Part shown: in pieces, positions 54,425 to 64,000 of the stretch
Layout: each line of letters begins with the position of its first letter
Numbering within the stretch: position 1 is the stretch's first letter
Position numbers and translations under genes: made by a program
Notes under the pieces: generated by a model
Databases searched by the model: none
What the model saw: only the letters and a program-made list of their open reading frames with translations
What the model was told of the DNA's origin: nothing
Assembly: GCA_965661285.1 (NCBI GenBank)
Contig: CBFIDD010000001.1
Coordinates: 128,001-192,000, forward strand
Direction of reading: 5' to 3'
DNA: 64,000 nt
From: Poseidonia sp.
GTDB taxonomy: Archaea; Thermoplasmatota; Poseidoniia; Poseidoniales; Poseidoniaceae

Positions 54425-57400
54425 ATGGCTCAACCCTCATCAGCAGGTGAATTGAATGCCGTGGATTTGGAAACGGGACTTTTGGAGCAGTGGGCGTCCG
54501 AGAACACCTTCCAATCGTCCATTGACGGGCGTCGCAACAACGCCCCGTTCATCTTCCTTGAAGGACCACCCACCGCCAACGGGAAACCGGGCATTCACCA
54601 CGTCGTGGCTCGCACCTACAAGGACCTCGTGTGCCGGTGGAAGGCGATGGAAGGCTTCCTCGTGGAGCGAAAAGGCGGCTGGGACACGCACGGCTTGCCC
54701 GTGGAAATTGAGGTTCAGAAACGCCTCGACCTGATGAGCAACGAAGCTATCGAAGCCTTTGGCATGGCGGAATTTAACCAGGCCTGTCGTGAATCCGTCT
54801 GGACTTACGAAGCGGCCTGGCGAGAGATGACGGAGCGCATGGCGTACTGGGTTGACCTAGACAACCCCTACGTGACCTTGCACAACGATTACGTTGAATC
54901 AGCGTGGTGGGCCTTGAAACAGATGTTCGACAAGGGGCTTCTCTATCGAGGACACAAAGTGCTTCCCTACTGCCCCCAAACGGGAACATCGTATTCAAGC
55001 CACGAAGTCGCCCTCGGCTACAAAGAAGTCGAAGAGCCATCGGTCTACGTCAAATTCAAGCTGACCGATGATGACGCGTCAATTCTTGCTTGGACAACCA
55101 CGCCTTGGACGCTCCCTGGAAACGTTGGCTTGGCCGTTGGGCCCGATGTCACCTATGCTCGATGCCGCATCAAGGAAGCGGCGGGTGAGGCATGGACCGG
55201 TGCCGGTGGTGCCGATGTTGGCGAAGAGGTCATCTTGGCCAAGGACCTGATGAAGGAGGTGCTTCGCCACCATGTCGACATCATCGAAGAATTCCCGGGC
55301 TCCGAACTGGTTGGACGCTCCTACGAGCCGCTGTTCCCCGAGGCCGTCCCCCGAGGCGATTCCACCACCGCTTGGACGGTGCTGGCTGCCGATTGGGTCA
55401 CCACGACCGACGGTACCGGCGTGGTTCACACCGCGGTCATGTACGGTGAGGACGACTACAATCTCGGCATGGAAGCAGGGCTGCCCGCCCACCACACCGT
55501 GGGCATTGACGGCGCCTTTGTTGCCGGCACCCACCCTGAATTGGACGGCAAGTATGTCAAATCGTGCGACCAGACCATCATCGACCTGCTCAGTGCCCCC
55601 AAAGGAAGCAACGGTTCAGGTCCCGAAAGCGGTCTTCTCTACCGAGAACAGGCGTACCTCCACGACTACCCGCACTGCTGGCGCACCGACCATCCTCTGC
55701 TCTACTATGCCATGGATTCTTGGTTTGTCCGCATGACTGCGGTAAAGGAGAATCTGTTGAAATTCAACGACCAGGTTGAGTGGGCCCCCGATTGGGTCGG
55801 CGAAGGCCGGTTTGGAGAGTGGCTGCGCAACGTGAAGGACTGGGCCATTTCCCGAGAACGCTACTGGGGCACCCCACTGCCCGTATGGCGGAGCGAAAGC
55901 GGTGAAATGAAGTGCGTTGGTTCAATTCAGGAACTCCAAGAAGAAGTGACCAAAGCCGTAGCGGCAGGGTTTGACAATCCCGACTGCCCCGATGATGTTG
56001 ACCTCCATCGGCCCGTCGTTGACGGCTTCACCCTCGTGTCCCCGACCGGTGCGCCCATGAAGCGGGAGCCGTTTGTCATGGATTGCTGGTTTGATTCCGG
56101 CTGTGCCCCCTTTGCGCAGTGGCACCATCCCTTTGACAACGAAGCGACGTTCAACGCCTCCTTCCCCGTGGACTACATCTGCGAAGGGGTTGACCAAACC
56201 CGAGGCTGGTTCTACACGCTGCTGGCCGTATCGGCGACCGTGTTTGACAACATGGCCTACAAGCGATGCCTTTCGCTGGGGTTGATCCTCGACGCTGAGG
56301 GCAAAAAGATGTCCAAATCACGAGGAAACATCGTCGACCCGTGGGACCATTTCAACCGTGAAGGGGCCGACGCCACCCGCTGGTACATGGTCACCGCTGG
56401 CGCCCCGTGGAACCCCATGAAGTTCGACCCCAACGGTGTTCGAGAAACCTACGCAAAGATGTTCCTGACGACGTGGAACGTGTACAAATTCCACGCAGAC
56501 TATGCAGCACTTGACGGCTTTGACCCGGATGCACAACACGTTCCTGTGGACCAACGCAGCGCCCTTGACCGGTGGATTCTCTCTCGCCTCCACACCGTCG
56601 CCAAAGCCTACCACGACAATTTCACCAACTGGCAGTTCCACAAGGCCTGTCGAGACCTTGAAGATTTCATGGTCAACGATGTCTCAAACTGGTACGTGCG
56701 ACGCAGCCGTCGCCGCCTGTGGGACGAGGCTGACAGCAACGACAAACTGGCATGTCAGCACACGCTCCACGACGTGCTCGAAACCGTGTGCAAGTTGGTG
56801 GCACCCGTCTCGCCCTTCATGGTCGACCACATTCACCGCAACCTCACCGGCGCATCGGTTCACACCGCCGACTGGCCGCTGGGCGTGCCCGGTGGCCTCG
56901 AAGGCGCCACCGCCGATGCGTGGGACGAAGACGCGGCGATGGCCACCGCCGTGCTGCCTCCTCAAGACCTCACCCTTGAATCCACAATGGCGCTGGTCCG
57001 AGAGTTGGCCGAAGCGGGACGACGCATCCGCATCGACGGAGGGCGACGGCAACGTCTGCCGTGTGCCCAAGGTTGGATCGTTGCAGGCCCAGATCTTTCA
57101 GCCTTCCACGATTTGCTCGCAGAGGAACTGAACGTCGAATCCATCCTGGTCGAAGACGACCTCGACCGGTTTCAGCAGATTGAACTGGCTCCAAATTTCC
57201 GTGCCCTTGCCCCCAAGGCCAGAGCGGATGTGAACAATGTCGCCAATGCCATACGCACGGCGGAAGACCCTGTCGCTTTGTTGGCCTCGATCAACGACGG
57301 TGGCGCGGAGATTCTGGGCGTCATGGTTGAAAGCAGCGATGTGGAAGTCAAGCGTGTTGAGCGAGAAGGGTTTGCCGCACAGACGGTGGAAATGGAAAGT

Positions 57401-57715
57401 GAGGGCGACCAACTTCACGTCAGTCTCGTGCTCGACATGAACGACACCCCCGCACTGCTCTCAAAGGGCATGGCCCGCGATATCGTCCGACGTGTTCAGG
57501 CCAAACGGAAGGACCTGAATCTTGAGATTGAGGCCACCATTGACTTGGAGGTATGGCTGACCAACGCACCCGAATTGCAGAACGATGACGAGGCATGGGT
57601 GGCCACCGAAACCCGTGCGGCTGGCTGCATGTTCCATCCCGAAGGAGCGGAAGCCCCCTCCGACGCTGAACGATTCGAAGTCGACGGCACGACGGTCCAC
57701 TTTACGGTCAAGTGA
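54425..57715 (+). CDS. ileS: Isoleucine--tRNA ligase (type 2, archaeal/eukaryote-like)
   Basis: EGPPTANG, GWDTHGLPVE, WTTTPWTL, GTGVVH, DWAISRERYWG, EGVDQTRGWF, KMSKS. Confidence 0.97.
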   Translation: MAQPSSAGELNAVDLETGLLEQWASENTFQSSIDGRRNNAPFIFLEGPPTANGKPGIHHVVARTYKDLVCRWKAMEGFLVERKGGWDTHGLPVEIEVQKRLDLMSNEAIEAFGMAEFNQACRESVWTYEAAWREMTERMAYWVDLDNPYVTLHNDYVESAWWALKQMFDKGLLYRGHKVLPYCPQTGTSYSSHEVALGYKEVEEPSVYVKFKLTDDDASILAWTTTPWTLPGNVGLAVGPDVTYARCRIKEAAGEAWTGAGGADVGEEVILAKDLMKEVLRHHVDIIEEFPGSELVGRSYEPLFPEAVPRGDSTTAWTVLAADWVTTTDGTGVVHTAVMYGEDDYNLGMEAGLPAHHTVGIDGAFVAGTHPELDGKYVKSCDQTIIDLLSAPKGSNGSGPESGLLYREQAYLHDYPHCWRTDHPLLYYAMDSWFVRMTAVKENLLKFNDQVEWAPDWVGEGRFGEWLRNVKDWAISRERYWGTPLPVWRSESGEMKCVGSIQELQEEVTKAVAAGFDNPDCPDDVDLHRPVVDGFTLVSPTGAPMKREPFVMDCWFDSGCAPFAQWHHPFDNEATFNASFPVDYICEGVDQTRGWFYTLLAVSATVFDNMAYKRCLSLGLILDAEGKKMSKSRGNIVDPWDHFNREGADATRWYMVTAGAPWNPMKFDPNGVRETYAKMFLTTWNVYKFHADYAALDGFDPDAQHVPVDQRSALDRWILSRLHTVAKAYHDNFTNWQFHKACRDLEDFMVNDVSNWYVRRSRRRLWDEADSNDKLACQHTLHDVLETVCKLVAPVSPFMVDHIHRNLTGASVHTADWPLGVPGGLEGATADAWDEDAAMATAVLPPQDLTLESTMALVRELAEAGRRIRIDGGRRQRLPCAQGWIVAGPDLSAFHDLLAEELNVESILVEDDLDRFQQIELAPNFRALAPKARADVNNVANAIRTAEDPVALLASINDGGAEILGVMVESSDVEVKRVEREGFAAQTVEMESEGDQLHVSLVLDMNDTPALLSKGMARDIVRRVQAKRKDLNLEIEATIDLEVWLTNAPELQNDDEAWVATETRAAGCMFHPEGAEAPSDAERFEVDGTTVHFTVK

Positions 57716-57724
57716 GGCCTTGCT

Positions 57725-58477
57725 GTGCGCATCGTTTCACTCGTACCGAGCCTCACCCTCGCCCTGTTTGATTTCGGATTGGACGCCAATGAGATCGTCG
57801 GCCGCACGCCCTGGTGCATTCACCCCGAACAACGCGTGAGCGATGTCCCCGTGGTTGGCGGAACGAAGACACCCACGCTGTCAAAAATTGAGGCTGCGCA
57901 ACCCGACCTGGTGGTCATGGACAAGGATGAGAATCCAAAGGCGGTGTACGATTGGTGCACAGAGAAGCAGTTCCCCACCTTTGTTTGCCATGTGAAGCAT
58001 CCGCAGGAGGTCCCCGACATGCTGCGGGAACTTGGTCGAGCCGTGCATCGTGTGGACGAAGCAGAACGCTGGGCTACGCAAATCGAAGCCGAGCTTAACA
58101 CGAGCCCCTCGCCCTCAAGCCGCGTTGGGCTCCCGTTGATTTGGCACCAGCCCCTGATGGCAGCCAACGGGAACACCTACGCGGGGAACATGCTGACCTG
58201 TGCGGGATTTCCCGTCCCCAACATCGACCCCGGTGGCACGGGCTATCCCGAAGTTGACGCATCCACCATCGTTGAGCACGGCGTCACCGACCTGTTTCTC
58301 TCCAGTGAACCCCACGAATTCACAACCGAAGAAGGGGATACTCTGTTCAAGCAATTGCGTGACCTCACGCCGCGACCACCACAAATTCACTACATTGACG
58401 GCGAAGACCTGACCTGGATGGGAACGCGAACGCTTTCGGGCTTGAAGCGTCTTCGCAAAACATGGGGTGCATCGTAG
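57725..58477 (+). CDS. Helical-backbone metal receptor (BtuF-like), no signal peptide
   Basis: GTG start; RIVSLVPSLT, VGRT.WCIHP, VGGTK, PDLV, LSSEP, IDGE...W.G.R. Confidence 0.85.
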   Translation: MRIVSLVPSLTLALFDFGLDANEIVGRTPWCIHPEQRVSDVPVVGGTKTPTLSKIEAAQPDLVVMDKDENPKAVYDWCTEKQFPTFVCHVKHPQEVPDMLRELGRAVHRVDEAERWATQIEAELNTSPSPSSRVGLPLIWHQPLMAANGNTYAGNMLTCAGFPVPNIDPGGTGYPEVDASTIVEHGVTDLFLSSEPHEFTTEEGDTLFKQLRDLTPRPPQIHYIDGEDLTWMGTRTLSGLKRLRKTWGAS

Positions 58478-58544
58478 TCGGCCGTCCTCCGAGCCATGCA
58501 TCACGAAGCGACGCCTTCAAATTACGCCCAAGCGAGGCATCACC

Positions 58545-59939
58545 ATGCGCCGATGCCTCCCCGTGTTCGCCATGGCGCTGTCGATGTTGCTCGCTGGATG
58601 CTTCGGCGACGGCAGCGGTACGGTGGCCGATGAGCCAGAAGCGGCGATTTGGGAATCCTACGAACGTGTTGATGACCAACCCCACGAAGTTGAGAGAATC
58701 TTCACCACCATGGATTTGCGAACAAATCAAACAACCAACACCACATGGGCGGTGTTCGACGCATCGTACGGTGGAAATTGTTGCGAGCACTACCTCGCAA
58801 CCGACATCGACGGCCAAATCCTCAACATCGGTGGCGAATACCCTGTCTTCTCAACCGACCGAGGACACATGTGGGACACCTACATTCCTCCTGCGTTGCC
58901 CGACCAGCAATGCCGCACCTTTGTTCCGACCAACCCCGGCCAAGAAGGGCTTGGGGAGGGAAGCATCGTCCAAGCCACAAACGGTGACATCATCTCCATG
59001 TCGTGGTTCCCCTACATCGGTGGCGACCTGAAGTTGGACAAGTTCTACGCCATCCTCTATGACGAATCCGAAGGCGAATGGAAGTGGTGCTACAACCGCA
59101 TCACAGAACCCTTCTACGACCGCTCCTGGCAGGTTGAGGTCATCGGCCCGATTTCGTCCTCCATCGGCGACGGCGAATGGGCCAGTATCGTGGTCTCGAA
59201 CTTCTGGCACCAAACGCAAAACGCAGGCGGACAGATCAGCGTTGACGGTTTGAACTACTATCCATTCCAGTTCCCTGGACGAGACGGCGGCGACCCCGTC
59301 ATCGAACTTGACCTCGATTTCAGCGATGCTGACCTTCCCGCCTACTGGGACGTCAACAAACCGCACAAAGAAATGCGAGCCTTCTCCATCCCGAGCGGCG
59401 GACTCCTCTTCCCGGCCTACTACAACAACGGGAACGCCGCGTACATGGACACGACGTTGTCGTGGAACGAACTGGAGGTCCAATTCCCATCCGAATACTG
59501 CCAAATTGACCGCACCGGTACGCTGCACTGTGTCGCCAACACCGGCACCACCTTCACCCACTACATGTCCACCGACGGCGCCCAAACATGGTCAAATTAC
59601 ACCTATTCACTCGACGCCAAAGCCTCCCAAATCGAGGAGTGGGAATTCCAAGCCAACGGCGAATTGGACCTCTTCATCCTCAATGTTCGCTATCAATCCA
59701 CGGACGGACCCGATGTTGACACCGTCTACCATGTTCGAGGGTACTCCGAAGACATGTCGCCTGACACCCTCACCTACATTGGCCAGGGTGACCTTGACTC
59801 CACGTCTGGAGCCGGTAACGACATTCGGTTTGACTTTGCATCACTCGCGATTCTCAACGACGGTGGAGTGGTCGTGGCCTATCACGATTCAACCGACCCC
59901 GACCCGCTCTTTGCGGTCGAATTGGAGCTGCCGGCGTGA
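58545..59939 (+). CDS. Hypothetical lipoprotein, probable Asp-box/BNR beta-propeller
   Basis: Start MRRCLPVF, lipobox LLAGC; Asp-box-like FSTDRGHMW and MSTDGAQTW. Confidence 0.8.
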   Translation: MRRCLPVFAMALSMLLAGCFGDGSGTVADEPEAAIWESYERVDDQPHEVERIFTTMDLRTNQTTNTTWAVFDASYGGNCCEHYLATDIDGQILNIGGEYPVFSTDRGHMWDTYIPPALPDQQCRTFVPTNPGQEGLGEGSIVQATNGDIISMSWFPYIGGDLKLDKFYAILYDESEGEWKWCYNRITEPFYDRSWQVEVIGPISSSIGDGEWASIVVSNFWHQTQNAGGQISVDGLNYYPFQFPGRDGGDPVIELDLDFSDADLPAYWDVNKPHKEMRAFSIPSGGLLFPAYYNNGNAAYMDTTLSWNELEVQFPSEYCQIDRTGTLHCVANTGTTFTHYMSTDGAQTWSNYTYSLDAKASQIEEWEFQANGELDLFILNVRYQSTDGPDVDTVYHVRGYSEDMSPDTLTYIGQGDLDSTSGAGNDIRFDFASLAILNDGGVVVAYHDSTDPDPLFAVELELPA

Positions 59940-59940
59940 T

Positions 59941-61935
59941 CTAATCCTCGATGGAAAACATCTGGAGAATATCGCCAAAGAGCGACTTGGCTTCCCCTGA
60001 ACTCTTCTCAACCAGTCGCTTCACAATCAATTCAGGCGTGGAACGAGCGAGATGATTGCGCTTTGGTGTGCGGTCCACAAGCAATTCGAGGTCCTCACCC
60101 AGACCGCTCGCTTCAATGCCATCGACGCGCAGGTCCTCACGACCCGTTGCGGCAAGGATGGCCGGTGCAAGATGGGTGACCAGCAACATCGTGGTGTCGT
60201 TTTGGGCTTCTGCGGCCAAGAGCATGCCCGCAATGATACGAGCCCCTGCTCCAGGTTCGGTAATGGCCTCCAATTCGTCAGCGAGAATGAGTTTCGGCGT
60301 GGGGTCGCTGACCACGGTGGCCAACTCCACGAGGGTCTGCTCAAGGGCACCAGCACTCTGTGTCCCACCTGCTTTGGCCAGAATGTGAAGGGCTTCCACC
60401 TTCCCAATACGGGCCTTTGTTGCCGGTACGGGCAGCCCCATATGACCGAGAATGCAGGCAAAGGCCAGACATTCGAGGAGCGTGGTTTTTCCTCCTGAGT
60501 TCGCTCCGGTAAGAAGAGCCAATGATTGCTGGTCTTCTTTGATCGCCGCAGCCCCGAGTCCGTAGGTGACCGGGTCGGGTTCCATGCCGAGGAGAACGTG
60601 CCGGCCTTCTTCCAGCCAAATGCCGTGGCCCACGAGCTCTGGCATCACGCAGCGGTCGTGTTGCGCCCAACGAGCAAGCGAAAGCCACTGATCAGCCTCG
60701 ATCAATCGGCTCACAGCGTGTTCACAAGGCGCCTTCAGCGGCCCAAGTTGCCGTGCAAGGCTGACCAGATGGTCGGTTTTTTCTGCCTTCAATTTGGATT
60801 CAAGAGCAGCATCGATCCCATCGATGGTCTGCCGGTCAATTTTCGCAGGCCAGGTATCGGTGAACACGTCGAAAGGACAGCGGAGGCTGGCGGGCTGAAG
60901 GAAGGCGGCCAGTTGCTCGCGTGCCTGTTGCATGGCTTCTTGGATAACGTGCCCGGTCGCATCGCGAAGTTTGCGCTGGAACGCCGTTCCATCGGCCAGT
61001 GCTTCGAGTAATTCTGCTCCAGAAAGCGCCATCTTGGCGTCGTTCATCGCGTTTTCCACTTGCTGGTTCACGTCTTCTTCCAGTTGCTTGACCAGACCCC
61101 AAAGCTCGTCCTTGATGCGGGCGACCTCTTCGATTTGCGAAGCATCGCCGAGCATGGACATGACCTCGGGCAGCGATGCAAGCGGGGCGAGGGCGGTGCG
61201 AAGTTCATCCAGCGATGCGTTCTCGGGAAACCGGCCGGCCTTGATGGCGTCAACGGCCTCGCAGATCACATCCAGCGTCTTTCGATTGTGCGTGAACCAA
61301 TCGATGGTCCGTTCCGGGAGGATCATGGACGCATCGGGTGAAGAGCCCAACACCAACCATCCGTCCGGCGCCTCCATGGGCGCACCGGGGCCGAGCCAAG
61401 AGACGGTTTTGAACACGGTGTAGTCCTTCCATGTCTCCTGCTTGGTCGGCTGAAGGACACGGCAATATCGCTTGAGGTGTTCGAGCGGTTCAGGTGAAAC
61501 GACCACCCGCTCGTAGCGTTCTTGCTTTTCCTTCAATCGACCGAGGTCTTTCCATGCTGTTCGTTGCTCTTCAAGCCAATCAGCGTCAAGGTTCATGGCG
61601 GCTTCCACCAAGCGACGACGGGGTTCGGGGTCCGCTACCGGCATGAGCAAGCCCATCCGCTCTTTCGTAGCGGGGCAGGCCGCAAATGACTGGATTCTGG
61701 TCAAGAGTTGCTGGTGCAGTTTTTTCGCTTCCTTCGTTGCGAGAAACGAGCCTTCTCCACCGGCATAAAAACGAGCGAGTGACAGCGCACGTTTCACCGA
61801 TAGACCGTCAACCTCCGCCAGACGACCGACATCGCCGGCGGCAAGGGTAGACACCACCGCTTCTTCGGACCCAAAATGGTCCGTCATTTTCGACGCCATG
61901 CGCTCACTCACACCGGGCAGGGAGGTCAAAACCAT
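59941..61935 (-). CDS. Archaeal MutS2/MutS5-like ATPase with N-terminal HhH motifs
   Basis: LPGVSER and VDGLS HhH motifs; LLTGANSGGKTT, HMGLPVPA, SAGALE, LADELE, VTHL; no mismatch-binding or Smr domain seen; start 61935 (alternative 61944). Confidence 0.88.
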   Translation of the reverse strand: MVLTSLPGVSERMASKMTDHFGSEEAVVSTLAAGDVGRLAEVDGLSVKRALSLARFYAGGEGSFLATKEAKKLHQQLLTRIQSFAACPATKERMGLLMPVADPEPRRRLVEAAMNLDADWLEEQRTAWKDLGRLKEKQERYERVVVSPEPLEHLKRYCRVLQPTKQETWKDYTVFKTVSWLGPGAPMEAPDGWLVLGSSPDASMILPERTIDWFTHNRKTLDVICEAVDAIKAGRFPENASLDELRTALAPLASLPEVMSMLGDASQIEEVARIKDELWGLVKQLEEDVNQQVENAMNDAKMALSGAELLEALADGTAFQRKLRDATGHVIQEAMQQAREQLAAFLQPASLRCPFDVFTDTWPAKIDRQTIDGIDAALESKLKAEKTDHLVSLARQLGPLKAPCEHAVSRLIEADQWLSLARWAQHDRCVMPELVGHGIWLEEGRHVLLGMEPDPVTYGLGAAAIKEDQQSLALLTGANSGGKTTLLECLAFACILGHMGLPVPATKARIGKVEALHILAKAGGTQSAGALEQTLVELATVVSDPTPKLILADELEAITEPGAGARIIAGMLLAAEAQNDTTMLLVTHLAPAILAATGREDLRVDGIEASGLGEDLELLVDRTPKRNHLARSTPELIVKRLVEKSSGEAKSLFGDILQMFSIED

Positions 61936-62076
61936 GGGCACCATCGTTTGTCAATGGCTTAAGAGGATGACGCTGGGGGTGCGGCCATTCGTTTAGAAAA
62001 CACGCCCGAGAACCTCGTTCGCCTATTGAGACTCTACAGGGAAGGTCGGTTATGGAGTGGCCCAACGTTAGGCCAC

Positions 62077-62346
62077 ATGGGAATACTACGTAAAGAGAAA
62101 ACGCGCTCAGAAGCGCCAAGTTACGACCGCACGTGGGTCGAGATTGAGTCCTTGCTCGATCAGGCCATACAGGAAATGAAGACACAGGAAAGCAAGTACA
62201 AACGAAGAAAATTAACTGGGCCAAAAGCCGACAAAATGCGGGCTCTCATGAAGTACACACGAGCAAAGGCCGTTGTGGATTCCTTGCGTTGGACCATCGG
62301 TGTGCGGGGTCAACTCTCGCCGCTCGAGGAACCGCTGCAATCGTGA
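62077..62346 (+). CDS. Small basic helical hypothetical protein
   Basis: Start MGILRKEK, 89 aa; fills the gap between divergent and convergent genes. Confidence 0.7.
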   Translation: MGILRKEKTRSEAPSYDRTWVEIESLLDQAIQEMKTQESKYKRRKLTGPKADKMRALMKYTRAKAVVDSLRWTIGVRGQLSPLEEPLQS

Positions 62347-62348
62347 AC

Positions 62349-64000
62349 TTAGCACACGCGCTGTCCGTCACCGCCATACTCGAGCATGGGTGCTTGGAAC
62401 AGGTCATCACAGGTTCGTTTCACCAGCGGTAGCGTCAGTGTGGAGTCCGCCCAGTTGATGGAATAACCACCTGCCGCTCCGGGCGACGGAACGTAATCCC
62501 GACCGGTTTGTGACATCGTGATGACGATGGTTTCTCCTTCTTCGAGGAAGATGTCCATGGCCATGAACTCCATTTTTCCGAGGACCGTCTCAAAGCCCAG
62601 GAGCACTTCTTGACCGTCTCGGCCACCATCGTGGAAGCGGAAATCCATCACGGCATGTCCCAGACGGAGACCGTTGCCATCGCTCATCTCGAGGTAGCCG
62701 TGGGCGCCGTTGGTGGTGTGGGGTGTGACTGCGATGTGGAAGGTGGGCATGCCTGCGATGTAGACGTCTTCTTCAAACGGCCCGTAGGTCATGGTGATGG
62801 TTTCGGTGGTGGTGACCATCGAGGCACCCGATGGGTTGAGGTCGGCAGCAGGGATTTCGAGGTATTCGGTGTCCGGCGCTGGATAGGTGGTTTCAAATCG
62901 CCAGCCGCCACGGTTGTCTTGCATCTCAACCCCCAGGGTTGGTGCTCGTCCTTCTCCCTTGAGGTACCAGTCAAACCAGTAGAGCATCTCATCAGCCCAG
63001 TCCCACCTCAAGGTGTAAGGGTAAGCCTCCAAACCTTCACCGCTTGGCAGAGCGCTGTGGCCTGACTTGCGGTCGGGATAGTCGTGGGCCCATTGGCCTG
63101 CGAGGGTTTTGATTTCAATGCCCGCTTCTTCGACGATCTGATGGGTAGGGAAGGACATGTGCGGATCGACGTTCCAATCCTGCATGCCCTGAATGATGTA
63201 GACCGAACCGTTGTAGTTCTCAATCACACGGTCAAGGAACGACCGCTCGGTCCAGTAGTCGTTCCCGGCGTACGTCACCATGCCACCGGAGAGATAGGCT
63301 GCTGGCCCGTTCACGTAGCCTTCCAGATATCCTTCGCATAGGGTGTGAGCGTCCTCGGTATCACCGTCGATACCAAAGGAGCCGTAGACGCCGTTGTGCA
63401 TGATCATCCCTCGTGCTTCCATGCTCCCGTTTCGCCACATCAGCTCGTGGACACCGATGAGGCCGGACATGGGCACGATGGTGGCGAGGTGAGGATTGCC
63501 AAAGGTGGCCGCTTGCCATGGAGTTGAACCGTCGTAGGATTTTCCGATCATACCGACCTTGCCGTTGGACCATGGTTGGGTACCAAGCCACGAAACTGCG
63601 GCGTCGATGCCCCGTTGTTCATCGGTGCCCATCAGGTCCATGCAGTGATTGGATTCACCGGTTCCAAACACCGATACTTGGGCCACACCGTAGCCGTGCG
63701 GCACGTAGTTTTCGATTAACATTTTTCCGAGACGATCAGCGGGTGTCAGCGCATCAACATCGCCGTCGTTGTAGTAGGGTCCAACCTCGGCGATGACGGG
63801 GACGTGACATGACGGGTCAAGCGATTCACTTTCCCAATCGCACCCTTCGATGACCGGCAACCACAGCCCGAGGTGAACGGTGGCGTCACCGGTCAAGCCT
63901 GCACCACCGTCGGCCGCAGTGATGCTGGGGACGGGAACATACACCGAACGCACGGCGTCGATGGCGTACGTACCGTTCACGGAAACGCGGGCGTAGATAT
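62349..64000 (-). CDS. CocE/NonD family hydrolase (peptidase S15 / X-Pro dipeptidyl-peptidase-like), 5' end outside window
   Basis: [41 protein letters not shown]; frame open to the window edge. Confidence 0.92.
   Translation of the reverse strand, partial: IYARVSVNGTYAIDAVRSVYVPVPSITAADGGAGLTGDATVHLGLWLPVIEGCDWESESLDPSCHVPVIAEVGPYYNDGDVDALTPADRLGKMLIENYVPHGYGVAQVSVFGTGESNHCMDLMGTDEQRGIDAAVSWLGTQPWSNGKVGMIGKSYDGSTPWQAATFGNPHLATIVPMSGLIGVHELMWRNGSMEARGMIMHNGVYGSFGIDGDTEDAHTLCEGYLEGYVNGPAAYLSGGMVTYAGNDYWTERSFLDRVIENYNGSVYIIQGMQDWNVDPHMSFPTHQIVEEAGIEIKTLAGQWAHDYPDRKSGHSALPSGEGLEAYPYTLRWDWADEMLYWFDWYLKGEGRAPTLGVEMQDNRGGWRFETTYPAPDTEYLEIPAADLNPSGASMVTTTETITMTYGPFEEDVYIAGMPTFHIAVTPHTTNGAHGYLEMSDGNGLRLGHAVMDFRFHDGGRDGQEVLLGFETVLGKMEFMAMDIFLEEGETIVITMSQTGRDYVPSPGAAGGYSINWADSTLTLPLVKRTCDDLFQAPMLEYGGDGQRVC

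Noticed and set aside
1-64000. CRISPR array, rRNA, transposase, prophage, intein or clear frameshifted pseudogene
   Set aside because: None seen by eye; major genes are intact in single frames. A short structured ncRNA could have been missed without a covariance-model search.

Overview
Archaeal chromosomal segment, high GC and gene-dense. The gene content and style (euryarchaeal-type archaellum cluster with no chemotaxis genes in the window, NOB1, SAMP/MoaD, archaeal MutS2-like ATPase, many very large acidic membrane-anchored proteins, bacterial-type accessory enzymes) point to Marine Group II Euryarchaeota (Ca. Poseidoniales); this is an inference. About 49 genes are supported, including one tRNA-Glu(TTC). 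A giant secreted protein gene (>1330 aa, 1..4003) is missing from the ORF track because it runs off the left edge. No transposase, integrase, prophage, CRISPR array or rRNA was seen. Main leads: (1) a ~13.8-kb archaellum operon extended upstream by three overlapping unknown genes, with an ArlF carrying a phage-structural-like insertion, archaellins lacking the basic -2 residue, and hairpins bracketing the archaellin pair; (2) an IleRS with the swapped GIHH signature; (3) a PolX whose third catalytic Asp appears replaced by Gln; (4) a large-to-small fused aconitase X; (5) surface proteins with WapA/Rhs-like, permuted NIDO-like and reelin-like modules; (6) a recurrent non-canonical TTCAA TATA-like element ~26-30 nt before apparently leaderless genes. 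All family calls come from motif recognition by eye, not from database searches.
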